From NCBI RefSeq assembly GCF_001194135.2, contig NC_068981.1, forward strand, positions 192,713,999-192,777,998: DNA of 64,000 bases, written 5' to 3'. Origin of the DNA: Octopus bimaculoides. Its lineage: Eukaryota. Shown here piece by piece: positions 50,485 through 63,203 of this stretch; the first letter of the stretch is position 1, and the number at the start of each line of letters is the position of its first letter. A program made the position numbers and the translations under genes. The notes beneath the pieces are model-generated. The model worked only from the letters and a program-made list of their open reading frames with translations. It did not search any database and was not told where the DNA came from.

Positions 50485-53005
50485 GTAACTTAATGATAAT
50501 ATTTCTATTCCTCTGTTTGTGTATTATCATGCTTTTGTACATTTTGTCTCTTACTGCTTTTAGTCATTAGACTGTGACCATGCTGGGGCACCACCTTGAA
50601 GAATTTTAGTTGAGTGAGTTTATATTTTTTTAAAGCCTGGTGCTTATTCTATCGGTCTCTTTTGCCAAATTGTTATGTTATGGGTACATGAACACATCAA
50701 CGCCAGTTGCCAAGTGTTGTACAAGGGACAAACAAAGACACACTCATACGTGCACACACACACACACACACAGACACACACACACACATACCTGGGCACG
50801 TGACAGGCTTCTCTCAGTTTCTGTCTACAAAATCCACTCACGAGTCTTTGGTTGGTCCAGGGCTATAGGAGAAGACACTTTCCCAAGGTGCCACGTGGTG
50901 GAACTGAACCTGGAACTATGTGGTTGGGAAACAAACTTCTTACCACACAGCCGTGCCTGCATACACACACACACACACACACACGACTTCAGGGGACGTT
51001 TCTGAACCCTCCAACTTTTGGTCTGGTTTAATCATAGAAAACCCAATAAGAATCGAAGATTATCTCAAACTTGGTAATCTGTCAGCTAAAAAGAATATTT
51101 AAGCAGAAATGTTTCACATTTTGTTGCTGATCCATCAGGGTCAAATTCCTTTTCATTTGATTTTCTGTGTAAGATAACATCATCATTGTTGTCATCATTC
51201 TCATCATTAATGTCACTGCTGTCCTTGTCATCATCATTACCATCATCGTCATCATTAGCTTCATAACTGTTGTCACCATCATCATCATCGTGGCTATTGT
51301 TCTCTTCATCGTCACTCTCGTTATCATCTTACGTATGCATTAAGATGCTGGCATGCATTGGAAAGCTCGTCACAGAAAAAATGAATGCCTAGAGAGGCTT
51401 TGATTATAATCCTGTTTGGTTTAGTGGTCTTAGGCCAAGCGACAACGGCCACCTTCCTTCCATCGTATCTTAGATGTTCTCTCAGATACAACAGCACTAT
51501 CTAATAACTGCTGTTGACTTGCTGGGATTCCTAGCATGACAGATTGTCTGAGGAGACTGCACGAAGAGAGGAGGAGATGTCGTCATCAACTTCCTGTGGC
51601 TGTTGTTCAGGGGTCACTTTCAGTGCCCTCAGTGGCACAGGATCTGCTCCCATAAGAAACAATGTGTTGGAGGTGGAGGAGGAAGGACGTCTTGGGCCGA
51701 CGCAGTCAGCGCCTTTGATGGGCTGTCATTAAACATTAAAGTAAGCCATGAATGATTGGCCAAGGGAGATAATTCTAGCAGACTGTAGCGATATCCTGTG
51801 ATCGTATGTGATGATATATTTTGAAATATGAGCCTTATAATGTGGGACCAGCACTGAACGCCCTAGACCCAATCCATCTCATCACTCTTACCACTCTGTC
51901 CCTTTCTCACTAACCCCTTTCCCCTGTTCCTTCCCTACTTCCTGTTCTACTACTCTCTTGACAACCACCACCGTCACCACCTCACAACTATAAACCTATT
52001 CCTCTCATCGTATCTTACCCGCTTTTCATCGTCGCTCTTCTCTCTATCCTTCAGCTATAGGGTTCCATTTAGCCCTTTAGTTTTGCAAGCCAACGTCACA
52101 AAATACCAGTGCTAGGTAAAAATTACTCAATACACTCTGTAAAGTGGTTGACATTAGGAAGGGCAACTTGTCAGAGAGTCTAAGCCAAAGCAGACATTGG
52201 ATCATGATACAGTTATTCCACCTCATCAGATCGTGCCAACCCATCCAACCCCTACCAGCATGGAACATTGGGACAATAGATGATGATGAGGATGATGATG
52301 ATGATGATGATGTGATCTTTTATCTTCTACTTGTTTCAGTCATTAGACTGTGGCCATGCTGGGGCATAGCCTTGAAGAATTTTTAGTCAAATGAATCAAC
52401 TCCAGTACTCATTTTTTTCTTTTTTAAAAATTTTTTAAAAACCTGGTACTTATTCTGTTGGCCTCTTTTGCTGAACTGCTAAGTTACGGGAACGTAAACA
52501 CACTAATACTGGTTGTCAAGCGGTAGTGGGACACACACACAAACACATACGTACACACACACACAAACATACATATTCACTGTCTGTCCCCTCTATGTTT
52601 AGCCCCTTGTGGGCAATAAAGAAATAACAAACATACATATTCACACACACACACACACAAACATACATACTCACACATACACACACACACACACGAACAC
52701 ACACACACACAAAAACATACACACATGTATATGACAGGCCTTTTTTTCAGTTTGTGTCAGTTGAATCCATTCACAAGGCTTTGATCAGCTTGGGGCTATA
52801 ATAGACAACACTTACTCAAGGTAGCACACTGGGATTGAACCTGAAACCCCTTGGTTGGGAAGTAAACTTCTTACCACACAGCCACACCTGTGATTGATGA
52901 TTTATTTGTGTGATCTTGTCTGGTAATGTATTTTATGGGATGTCAGGTGGCACTGTCTACCCTACAGTGATTTAACCAGCCTAATATTCCAATATTTCCT
53001 TTCAG

Positions 53006-53133
53006 ATATTGAACCAGACTTCAGGCAATATTTACGCTCCCTAGTTAATCACATACTGGCTCCGGAAAAATTAGTTGTGAAAGAAATCAATGGTACTAAG
53101 ATAACTTGTGGAGAATTGGTGGAATATTTCAAA
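53006..53133 (+). CDS. ATL: Atlastin coding exon 8 ([10 protein letters not shown]...[25 protein letters not shown])
   Basis: tttcctttcag acceptor, gtaagt donor, 128 nt; phase-1 start matches the previous exon; KEING motif. Confidence 0.97.
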
Positions 53134-53605
53134 GTAAGTCACCAAAGAATTTTCATTATTTTCTAAATGTCCTTATCAACGGTTTATTCTATTGATTGAT
53201 CTCAACATTTTATGTACATTGATATTTTATTGTAAGGTGGTGAGTTGGCAGGGTTGTTAGTACACTGGTCAAAATGCTTAGTGGTATATTTGTCTTGTCT
53301 TTAACATTCTATGTTCAAATTCTGCTGACTACCTTTCATCCTTTTGAGAGCTGGTGGTGGTGGTGGGCATGATGTAATCAGCTTAGTCCCTCTGAAATTG
53401 CTGGCCGTGTGCCAATATTTGAAGTTAATATTTTATTGTGCTTATTAATATCAACGTTTTGTTGAAACCTTGTAGTCGTTCTCTCTCTCTCTCTCTCTCT
53501 CTCCCTCTTTCTCTCTCTCTCTAACAGTCACAGCTAGTACAAGGGAGATAATCACTTTTCCACAATTGGAAGCAAGATTAGAAATATGAAATTGAAATTA
53601 GGGAA

Positions 53606-53638
<33 letters not shown>

Positions 53639-54371
53639 GTTTAACGTCCGCTTTCCATGCTAGCATGGGTTGGACGATTTGACTGAGGACTGGTGAACCA
53701 GATGGCTGCACCAGGCTCCAATCTGATTTGGCAGAGTTTCTACAGCTGGATGCCCTTCCTAACGCCAACCACTCAGAGTGTAGTGGGTGCTTTTACGTGT
53801 CTCCCGCACGAAGGCCAGTCAGGTGGTACTGGCAACGGCCACGCTCAAAATGGTGCATTAATTAATTTTTTTTTGGTTTGCTTAATATGAAGATCATAAA
53901 ATTTCCAGTCATTGGTAATCATGTATAGCATTACTGACATGACCTGTGACATGTTAATTGTAATAATTCTGGTTACGGTTGTGTATTTTGTCAGAGGTCT
54001 TCTGGTTCATTCTTTGATGTCATCTGGCCAGTATCTTTGTTTCCCCATTAACTCTTTCCTCTAGGATGTGGCTGCTGAAGTTCTGGGCCCTGGTGAACAA
54101 GTCCAAAATACTGCAGCTTCCTCTTTTTTAGAGATGTCAAAAATTCACTTTCTATTCCTATTTCTTCAAGTATTGACTCATTTGTTCAATGGTTAACCCA
54201 GCTGATCCTAAGTATTCCTCAGTAGCACATTGTTTCAAAAGCTTTGAGTTTGGCAATATTATATACAGAATACTAACCAATAATTATTGAAATTTAGTTC
54301 CAATTTCTCTGTGTAATTTATATCCAAATTGAAATGATTTTCAAATTTCTGTTTTATTTTATCTTATTTAG

Positions 54372-54428
54372 GCATACATCAATATCTACCAAGGAGAAGA
54401 ATTACCGGAACCTAAATCTATGTTAGAG
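54372..54428 (+). CDS. ATL: Atlastin coding exon 9 (AYINIYQGEELPEPKSMLE)
   Basis: cttatttag acceptor, gtaagc donor, 57 nt; LPxPKSML linker. Confidence 0.97.
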
Positions 54429-54609
54429 GTAAGCAATGCTGGTATATTCTTTGTTCTTAGTCTGTTATGGTGGGGGTGGGGAAGGAAGCAGCAGCAATGT
54501 TTAACATTCCTCTTTTACTGAAATATTTCAGTTTATAAAATTAGCTAAAAACTTCATCAACTTAACTGAAATTACTTTTTGTAGTCCAATATGGTTTTTT
54601 TTCTTCTTA

Positions 54610-54836
54610 ATGTTCACTTTTCCATGCTTGCGTGTGTTAGTTGGAATGTGTTAAGGCAAATTTTCTACAGCTGGATGCTCTTCCAGTCATCAGCCCTCAC
54701 CTGTTTACAAGTTAGGTTATATTTCCCTGTGGCTGGACATGTTTTCATTGGAAGTTTGTAAACAGACAACACTGCCTGTATGAATGCGATACTCATTTAT
54801 GGCAGTCATGTGATGTCAAGACAAAGAAACACCAAC

Positions 54837-54882
<46 letters not shown>

Positions 54883-54899
54883 GCACATGCACACACACA

Positions 54900-54948
<49 letters not shown>

Positions 54949-54957
54949 TCATATGTA

Positions 54958-54992
<35 letters not shown>

Positions 54993-55150
54993 AGTGGGTC
55001 TCTCAGTTTCTACATGTCAAATCCACTCTCAAGACTTTAGTCTGCTCAGGGCTATAGTAGAAGACATTTGCTCAATGTGCTATACATTGGGACTGAACCT
55101 GGAGTAAAGAGGTTGGAAAGCAAGCTTCTGAACCTCACAGCCATACGTGT
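54610..55150 (-). mobile_element. Composite SINE family D (family-B head, CA/TA hinge, alternative body, GAT-type tail). Other copies at about 16280-16660(-), 19960-20300(+), 48300-48520(+), 61760-62150(-)
   Basis: Shared gtccacttttccatgcttgc...ggatgcccttcc...ccctcacctgtttccaag...gatgtcaagacaa followed by family-B head sequence. Confidence 0.75.
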
Positions 55151-56668
55151 GCCAATATGTTCCTGTTAACTAGTTTCACCATAGCATTAAGGACTTAATA
55201 TTTCTTGTTTTTGCTACATGTAGAAGTGTGTGTGTGTAGAACTTAGTGTGTAAAAGTGTGTGCGCGTGTGTCTACATGGCTAGTTTTATTTATCATCATC
55301 ATCATCGTCATCATCATCATCATTTAACGTCTGCTGGCAGAACTGTTAGCACGCCAGACAAAATACTACACAGCATTTTTTTCTGGCTTTACTTTCTGAG
55401 TTCAAATGCTGCCGACATAAACTTTGCCTTTCACCTTTTGCGGGTTGATGAAAATAAGTATCAATTGAACACCTGAGTTGATGTCATTGATAGATTAAAT
55501 GGAAATGTTTGATTAAGATATTATTCATATTTGACTGCCTACTTGTGTGTCAAATAAAAGTATTAACCCCTTTGACACCAATCCATCTGAGACCACCTCT
55601 TCGATCTATGACACTAAGTCGTCTGTTTTAAACTGTTTAGATTTAAATTTTGTGTATGAACCTGCAAACATGGCCGTGTGGTTCAGAAGTTCACTTAGCA
55701 ACTATGTGGCTTTGAGTTCAGTCTTCTGTTATAGCCCAGGGTTAACCAGGTACTCAGAGATTCTCTAGAAGCCTATTGTGTATGTATATCTATGTTTGGC
55801 CCCTACAACTTGATAACTGTTGTTGGTTTGTTTGCATCCTTGTAACTTTGGTGGTTTGGCAAAAGAAACTCATAAACTAGCTACCATAAAAATCACTTAG
55901 CATTTCACTATTTATTTAAAAATTAATAACTCTTCCACATCAACTGTACTCACATTATGTATCTAATCAATAAATTAGATCAGTCTTAGTATTTTGGGAA
56001 ACTAATATACATCAATTAATAGTAAACCATTATTGAAGAGCTTACTTTCAACACCAGATATATGCATCAGAATGATTTTTGAGTAATTGTTTAAAACAAC
56101 AACTTGAAAATATCTGGTTTTGATTGAAAGACTAAAGATTTACCTACTGTCTATATGGCATCTATCCCAGTTTGACTGAAAAACATTTCACGTGTGTGAA
56201 GCCAGCAGCTTACAGATTGTGTTTTAATGGTTATCATGAAATCAACCAAATATGCACTTATACCGGTTTTGAAAGTAAGCTCATCACAGTTTTAAAATCA
56301 GTACTGGGATTGATTTGTTTAGCTAACCCTAAATGCGTTGCTCCAGCATGGTCACAGTCCAGTGGCTGAAACAAGTAAAAGAGAACCTTTTTGTTAAGTT
56401 TGAAATACCAGTTTAATAAAGGTAAAATTGGTTATTTTAGTCAACACCTTCAAAATCGTGATTATTTTCAGACTTTATTGAAATAGAACTAGAGGTGACC
56501 CCAGGCAGGTTTGTATCAAAAGAGTTTAAACAATCCTCGATGTTTTCCTAGACACAATTATCATCAATCTCACTATTATTGTATCAAAGAAAGTTTCCTA
56601 TCTTTGTTCTGTCTCTTAGTTGAATTTCTAGTTTCTCAACCTTGTGTCTGTCTGTTTTGTTGTTGCAG

Positions 56669-56740
56669 GCCACAGCAGAAGCTAACAACTTGGCTGCCGT
56701 TGCATGTGCTCGCAATTACTATTCAACTAATATGGAAGCT
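56669..56740 (+). CDS. ATL: Atlastin coding exon 10 (ATAEANNLAAVACARNYYSTNMEA), start of the three-helix bundle
   Basis: ttgttgcag acceptor, gtaaga donor, 72 nt; ATAEANNLAAV motif. Confidence 0.97.
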
Positions 56741-57114
56741 GTAAGAAATTTTATTTCCTTTCAATTTCCAGTTTTAATCATCGTCATCATCATCACAATT
56801 TTATGTTTGCCTTCTCCCACCCTCCCTCCCCTTCGTTANNNNNNNNNNGTCTGACAGCATCTTGCCATTTGATATGCTCTCTTGTTGTCTGATACACACA
56901 GCACCTGAGAAACCTTGGCCAGTTTTGTTGTGTGTGTCATGTCTTTAGAGAGCAAAGCCTAGACCACTTCACGATGTGGCCTAGGTGCCTTTTATTATGC
57001 TATTGGTACAAAAGAAGGCGTTTGCAGACCACTGTAAAACTTTAGATTATTGATATCTGATGGTCAGATTCTGGTGTTAATGACTTGACATAGTGTCATC
57101 AATTAGCTACCTTT

Positions 57115-57446
57115 TGGAGACCCTTTTCGGTCACGAATGACCATGGGATTGCACCTAGAAAGTTACCCACCCAGGCACTAGTCTGGGCAAGGTTGTTTAT
57201 GGAAGACCAGCAGTCACCCATGCATATATCAGCCTCCCCTCTCCATGCCACCAATGTTATCCAAGGGAAAGGCAAAGCTTGGCACCAGTGACATTGCAAC
57301 TCATTACTATAGTTGAGTGAACTGGAGCAATGTGAAATAAAGTGTCTTGCTCAAGAACACAACATGTAGCCCGGTCCGGGATTCGAACTCACAACCTCAC
57401 GGTCTTAAGCTTGACACTCTCTAACCACTGAGCCATGCGCCTTCAC
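57115..57446 (-). mobile_element. tRNA-headed SINE with a CORE-like central domain. Related copies at about 1520-1845(+), 42050-42325(-), 44210-44430(-)
   Basis: Minus strand reads gtgaaggcgcatggctcagtggttag...gagttcgaatccc...gttcttgagcaagacacttt...ctccagttcactca. CORE assignment is an inference. Confidence 0.75.
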
Positions 57447-57733
57447 TTAGCTATCTGTAGTAGCTAATTATATCATTTGTTATGACTTTGTCAGAAAGTA
57501 GGGATGGAGCTGTCTTAAGTACAGTGACGTCAGTGCTGTTAATGTTCAGCTCAAACATCTGTAAATTGTAAGAAATAAGCACAAGTTGGGGCTGGAATTG
57601 TATGTGTGTGTGTGTGGGGGGGGGGGGGGGATCACACACTGGTGGGGAGGCAGGATTGGATGTTTTCTTGTATATGTCTTCAGTTGACTAAAGTTATTTC
57701 TATTAAAGCTTCCTTATATTTTATACATTGCAG

Positions 57734-58165
57734 GCAGTTGGAGGAAACCGACCTTATCTTCATCCAGATTGTTTGAATAAAGATCACGCAAAGTTCCAAG
57801 AGGAAGCTCTAAAATTATTCCGTTCAACAAGAAAAATGGGCGGATCAGAGTTCAGTCATTCATACGAGGAGAAACTTCAAAAAGAAATTGAAGAGTTGTT
57901 TGTGAACTTTTGCAACCACAACGAGAGCAAAAACATTTTTAAGACTGCTCGAACCCCTGCTGTCCTTGTTATAATGATGATTTTCTTCTATTTTGGAGCC
58001 ACATTATTTGCTTTCTTTGGACTCAGCCCAGTGGCAGCACTCTTTAATTTGATTATGTGGATTGTTCTCTTGTTGATCATTGTTGCAGGTTATGTTCGTT
58101 ACAGCGGAGAATACATTGACATTGGTTCTGCAATCGATCAATTAGCTGAGAAAATCTGGGAAAAT
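57734..58165 (+). CDS. ATL: Atlastin coding exon 11 (three-helix bundle, two transmembrane segments, start of amphipathic tail; AVGGNRPYL...YVRYSGEY...KIWEN)
   Basis: cattgcag acceptor, gtaagt donor at 58166, 432 nt; KMGGSEFS, HNESKNIF, ARTPA and RYSGEY motifs; overlaps ORF 57728..58210. Confidence 0.97.
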
Positions 58166-58804
58166 GTAAGTATTATTGTAATAATTATTGTTTTCATCAT
58201 TATTATTTAGTTTCCATGTTTGATGCTAGCATAGGCTGGATGGCAGCATTTGACCGCTGAGTGGTCACCGTTCATAATCTCATTCTGATTTAGCTGAAGT
58301 TTCTTCACTGCAAATGTCGGTTTTGGATACAGCGAGATAAAGCGTTTGTTGCTGGATGAATGGAATTTCTCAACGCAGGTAGCTAACAGAGTTATGCCCC
58401 TTGATGCAGAGTTTTCTTCATAATGGCTTTGAATAATAATTTCAAATTTTTGCCACAAAGGCAGCTTGTGGGAGGGTTAAGTCGATTACATCGACCTCAG
58501 TGCGTAACTGGTACTTATTTAACCGACCCCGAAAAGATGAAAGGCAAAGTCGACCTTGGTGGATTTTGAACTCAGAACGTAGTGACAGACGAAATATTGC
58601 TAAGCATTTCACCTGGCGTGCTAACGATTCTGCCAGCTCGCCACCACCATCTTATAATAACACATTATGGCTTTAGCAATAAGTGAGGCCTGGATTTCAG
58701 ATGTTCTTATGGATGGGTTTTCTAATCTCACAACCTCTCCCCACCCTATTTTATGGTTGATTACATATTACATCTTTGTTTTATTGTTTCTCTTCGTTTT
58801 TCAG

Positions 58805-58888
58805 GTTATTTCTCACGTGTTGGCCAAAGCGGGAGAACAAACAGCTAAATATGCTGTCAAGAATCAAATGAAAAATAAAAAAGTCTGA
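58805..58888 (+). CDS. ATL: Atlastin terminal coding exon (VISHVLAKAGEQTAKYAVKNQMKNKKV*)
   Basis: Long pyrimidine tract plus ttttcag acceptor, phase 0, TGA at 58886-58888. The C-terminal KNKKV fits a KxKxx ER-retrieval pattern. Confidence 0.88.
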   Translation, partial: VISHVLAKAGEQTAKYAVKNQMKNKKV

Positions 58889-59455
58889 ACATGCAAAGGA
58901 CAGCCAAAAAATCCCCACAAGAAAAATAAAGAGAAAGCCTGTTGAATTATTGCAGAAAAAATAAAAATTATCAAAAAAAAAAAAGGTTAAAATATTAAAA
59001 AAAATATTTTGTGATTTACCCATTTTTCACTCAACTTGGAGAATAACACTTCTCTTTCTAATAACTTTCTCATTCCAATTATAGGAAACCTGGAAAACAT
59101 TGTCTTTTTTTTTAAAGAATTAACTCTTCAACTCAATTACAATTGTCTTCATTTCACTTTTAGAAATGTCTTTTCAATATGTAAATTGAAGTATTTTCAT
59201 TTTTTAATTTATTATTTCTGACATGATAGAGAAACTTAACCTTTTTTCTCCCCTGCAGACTCCTTTAGAACCTTCTCGACCTTTCCTTTATGTGTAAATA
59301 GCCTACTTATTTGTTTGTCATTTTCAATTTTTCATTTTTGGTGAGGGGAAAATAAATGTTAGCTAAATATTATTACCAATATCATTATAATTATTAGCAT
59401 AACATCTGTTTGTTAAGACCTAGCTATTGCCTCAGCACCAAACTTTGATCATTCC

Positions 59456-59495
<40 letters not shown>

Positions 59496-59732
59496 CCTTC
59501 CCATCATTAAAAATATCATAAACTAATAATTTTCCATTGGTTCAATATTTCTTAAAATTAAGAAGTTTTAAAGTTAAGAAAGTTTCTTAAAATTAGGAAA
59601 TTTTAACCCATCAAAAATTGATCCACTCTGTGTAAACACGTCTTTTTTAAAAAATTTCTACCTAAATAATCCATTGAGTTAATTCACTAACTGCTGTTTG
59701 ATTTTTATGAATTTTAATAGCTGAAAAATAAA
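58889..59732 (+). terminator. Probable atlastin 3' UTR with candidate polyadenylation signals
   Basis: AT-rich unique sequence after the stop; AATAAA at 58925, 59351 and 59727. The site actually used cannot be determined from sequence. Confidence 0.4.
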
Positions 59733-60586
59733 CTAAAAGCTATAAGCCCTGAAATAGCATTGTATTGTGTTGTTGTTGTTGTTATTTAGCCCTAGGTCAG
59801 CCTGGATCAAGCAGACCTATGATCAAAAGCATTCCAGCAATGACCGTCTCATCTTTTTTCAGACATACTGCACTTAGGACTACATTATACAATGTGTCCT
59901 TCTGTTTGTTTTTATTCTTAAAGACAGCAGAGTGTGATTTGAAGGAGATTTGGCTGCTATTTCTGACAAGTTGAGCGACCGCGTAGAGGCTCCCTCGTTA
60001 GCTCGCTGTCTTAGCACATTATAATTGTTTATAGACAGTGGTTTTGAATGTTTTATTGAATGAAAAGTTAAATGGTTTCCAGTTTCTTAGGTAATTTTTT
60101 TTTTTTTTCCTGTACAGTTTCAAAAACTAACAAAATAAAACATGTGCCTTTTGGAGTCTGTACACCACTGCAACTCTTATTCAATTTCCTGTCTCTAGAA
60201 TCTATGATGTGTAGATCACTGATGAATGCTGCTTCTATTGAAACACTCTGTCTAACCATTGCTATATATATATTTTCCCAACCCCCACCTCATAATTGTG
60301 AACTGAAATCACACTGGTTCTGGCTCTGGTTCTATATCTTAATCGCCATCATTGATAATACACAGATTGATTTGCTATTGTCTTTTGTTTAAATTTCCAT
60401 AAGTAATAAAAACCTAAAACCAACTTACAAACAAACATCTTCATCTTCATTAATATTTCATGTTAAAAACATTTTTTTAACAAGGTGGAGGGCTTAACAA
60501 GATGAAATACATTTTAATGGAATTTTTTTTCGTTCAACTAATTTTATGACTGAGATGTGGTGTGGATATATATGCCTGTATGTATC

Positions 60587-60617
<31 letters not shown>

Positions 60618-60680
60618 ATGTATATATATATGTGTGTGTGTGTATGTATATATATATATGTGTGTGTGTGTATGTATATA

Positions 60681-60725
<45 letters not shown>

Positions 60726-61049
60726 TAAAAAACACCATTCAAGTGTGGTCAATGCCAGTGCCACCTGACTGGCTCCTGTGCTGTTGGCATATAAAAAGCA
60801 CCCACTACACTCTCAGAGTGGTTGGCATTAGGAAGGGCATCCAGCTGTAGAAACTTTGCCAGATCAGATTGGTGCCTAGTGCAGCCTCCTGCCTTACCAG
60901 TCCTTAGTCAAACCGTCCAACCCATGCCAGCATGGAAAGCGGACGTTAAACAACGGCGACGATGGTGATGATGGTATGTGTGTGTGTGTGTGTGTGTGTA
61001 TTTTTGTAATTGGTGCAGGGAAGTGTGTGTGCTTTTGTAATTGGTGCTG

Positions 61050-61699
61050 GTAAGTAATCTTACTTCCCAGCACATAATTTTGGATTCAATCTCACTGCAA
61101 ATCACCTTTAGCAAGTACCTTTCACTATAGCCTTGTGAATGGATTTGGTGGACAGAAACTGAAGATGTCTGAAGATATATATGACAGGAGACTGAGACCT
61201 TTGGAGATATGGTGTGATTGAGAAGACACAGAAACTGAGATCGCAGCCATGGCTGATGCCGGTGTTGCTTGTCTGGCCCAATTAAGAGTACCCTTGGTGT
61301 GTCAGACGATATAATATGCTTGAGAAGACCTGTTGAGTCAAGTAAAACCAAAATCGTAGCTGTGGCCAGTGCCCCCTGATTAGCTCCTGTTCTGGTGGCA
61401 CGTAAAATGCATCATCCGAATGTGGTCGATGCCAGTGTCCCCTGACTGGTTCCTGTGCCAGTGGCATGTAAAAAGCACCATCCAAACATGGTTGGTGCCA
61501 GGTCTGCCTGACAGGCACCCATGCCGGTGGCACATAAAAGGCACCCACTGCACTCTTGAAGTGGTTGGCGTTAGGAAGGGCATCCAGCTGTAGAAACCTT
61601 GCCGGATCAGATTGGAGCCTGGTGCAGCTGCTGGTTTGACCTCAGTCAAACCATCCAACCCATACCAGCATGGAAAACGGATGTTAAACAATGATGATG

Positions 61700-61700
<1 letters not shown>
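61050..61700 (+). mobile_element. SINE-like family C with (GAT)n tail, longest copy. Other copies at about 300-500(-), 3425-3600(-), 5375-5535(+), 6420-6820(-), 7925-8250(-), 8290-8445(+), 10120-10700(-), 12150-12470(-), 22220-22445(+), 23100-24000(-), 26940-27055(+), 29375-29510(+), 35815-36060(+), 49865-50190(-), 52100-52310(+), 53610-53860(-), 60720-60975(+), 62350-62535(+)
   Basis: Shared gtggttggcgttaggaagggcatccagctgtagaaac...ccaacccatgccagcatggaaagcggacgttaaacgatgatgat; this copy starts with a family-B-like head. Confidence 0.85.
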
Positions 61701-61753
<53 letters not shown>

Positions 61754-63048
61754 ACCACCATCATTTAGTGTTCACTTTTCCATGCTTGCATGCATCTGAG
61801 TGAATTTTATTGAGGCAAATCTTCTACATCCACATGCTCTTCATGTTGTCAACCCTTGCCTATTTATAAGCAAGATGATATTTCCACCTACCCAGACATA
61901 TTTTTACTGAAGATTGGAAATGAACAACTTTTCTTGTATGACTGATGCTCATTTACAATCATTATGTGATTCCTAGACAGGGGCACACACGCATACACAA
62001 TGGGTTTCAGTTTCCATCTCCCAAATCTACTCGAGGCTTTGGTTGATCCAGGGTTGTAGAAGATACTTGCCCAAGGTGCTGTACAGTGGGACTGAACCAA
62101 AAATCACAAGATTGAAAGGCAAGTGTTTTAACCACACAATTATGCCTTTCCCTGGTGCCAATCTCTAGCTTTGGAGGGGTGGGGGCAACTTGTGGAAAAA
62201 GTAAAGTCAGGAAAGATGAGGGTTGATGTGGTGGAATATGATCTTTGGCTGTTGAGTCTCACAGAGGCAATGGACAAGGGACGAAGACTGTTAGTGGTTT
62301 GCTGTGTGTGAAAAGACATCAAGTTAAGTGAAATTGTAGCTGTTAGCAGTCAGTGACATGTAAAAGGCACCTGTGCCAGTGGCACATTAAAGGCACCTGG
62401 TACACTCTGTGGAGTGGTTGGCGTTAGGAAGGGTTCTAGTTGTAGAAATGAAGCCAAACCAGACTGGTGCCTGGTGCAGCTCTTTGGCTTACCAGTTCCA
62501 ATCAAACCATCTAACCCATGCCAGCATGGAAAATTGTAAATGAGTGTTATGGTCATTCCAACTGGTTCATTCATTTCCCATATTCTGTGGAAACATATCT
62601 GGCCATGGGAAGATATCTTCTTGGAAACAGGTGAGGGTTGGTAAGAGGGAAGGCATCCGGCTGTAGGAAATTTTCCACAATGATTTCTGTCTGAGGCACA
62701 CAAACCTGGCTAAATGGATGTTATATAATGAAGCTGCTTTTGATGTGTGTGTGTGTGTGTGTGTGTGTGTGTTCATAGAGCTGTGAATGAGTGTGAATGT
62801 TATAATTTGTTTCCAGTCTTCCATGAAATGTGTTGCTTGGAAAGAGTTGAGGAATGACATTAGAAAGGGCAACTGATGTAGAAAGTTTGCCTTAGTGATT
62901 TTCTTTTGACCCAGGCAAGCGTGGAATAGTGGCTGTTAAAGCAATGATTCCTCTCTCTCTCCTCTCACCCTCCTCCCTGTCTCTCTCTCTCTCTCTCCTG
63001 TCACCCGCTCTCCCCTCTCTCTGTCTCGTGCGTGTGTGTGTGTGTGTG

Positions 63049-63097
<49 letters not shown>

Positions 63098-63139
63098 NNN
63101 NNNNNNNNNNNNNNNNNNNNNNNNNNNNNNNNNNNNNNN

Positions 63140-63203
<64 letters not shown>

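Noticed and set aside
51082-51330. Acidic or Met/Thr-rich low-complexity protein
   Set aside because: Degenerate (CAT)n microsatellite without splice signals.
58166-58210. Read-through of exon 11 giving a third hydrophobic segment (VSIIVIIIVFIIII*)
   Set aside because: Strong gtaagt donor at 58166; the hydrophobicity comes from an ATT/ATC microsatellite; a proper terminal exon exists at 58805.
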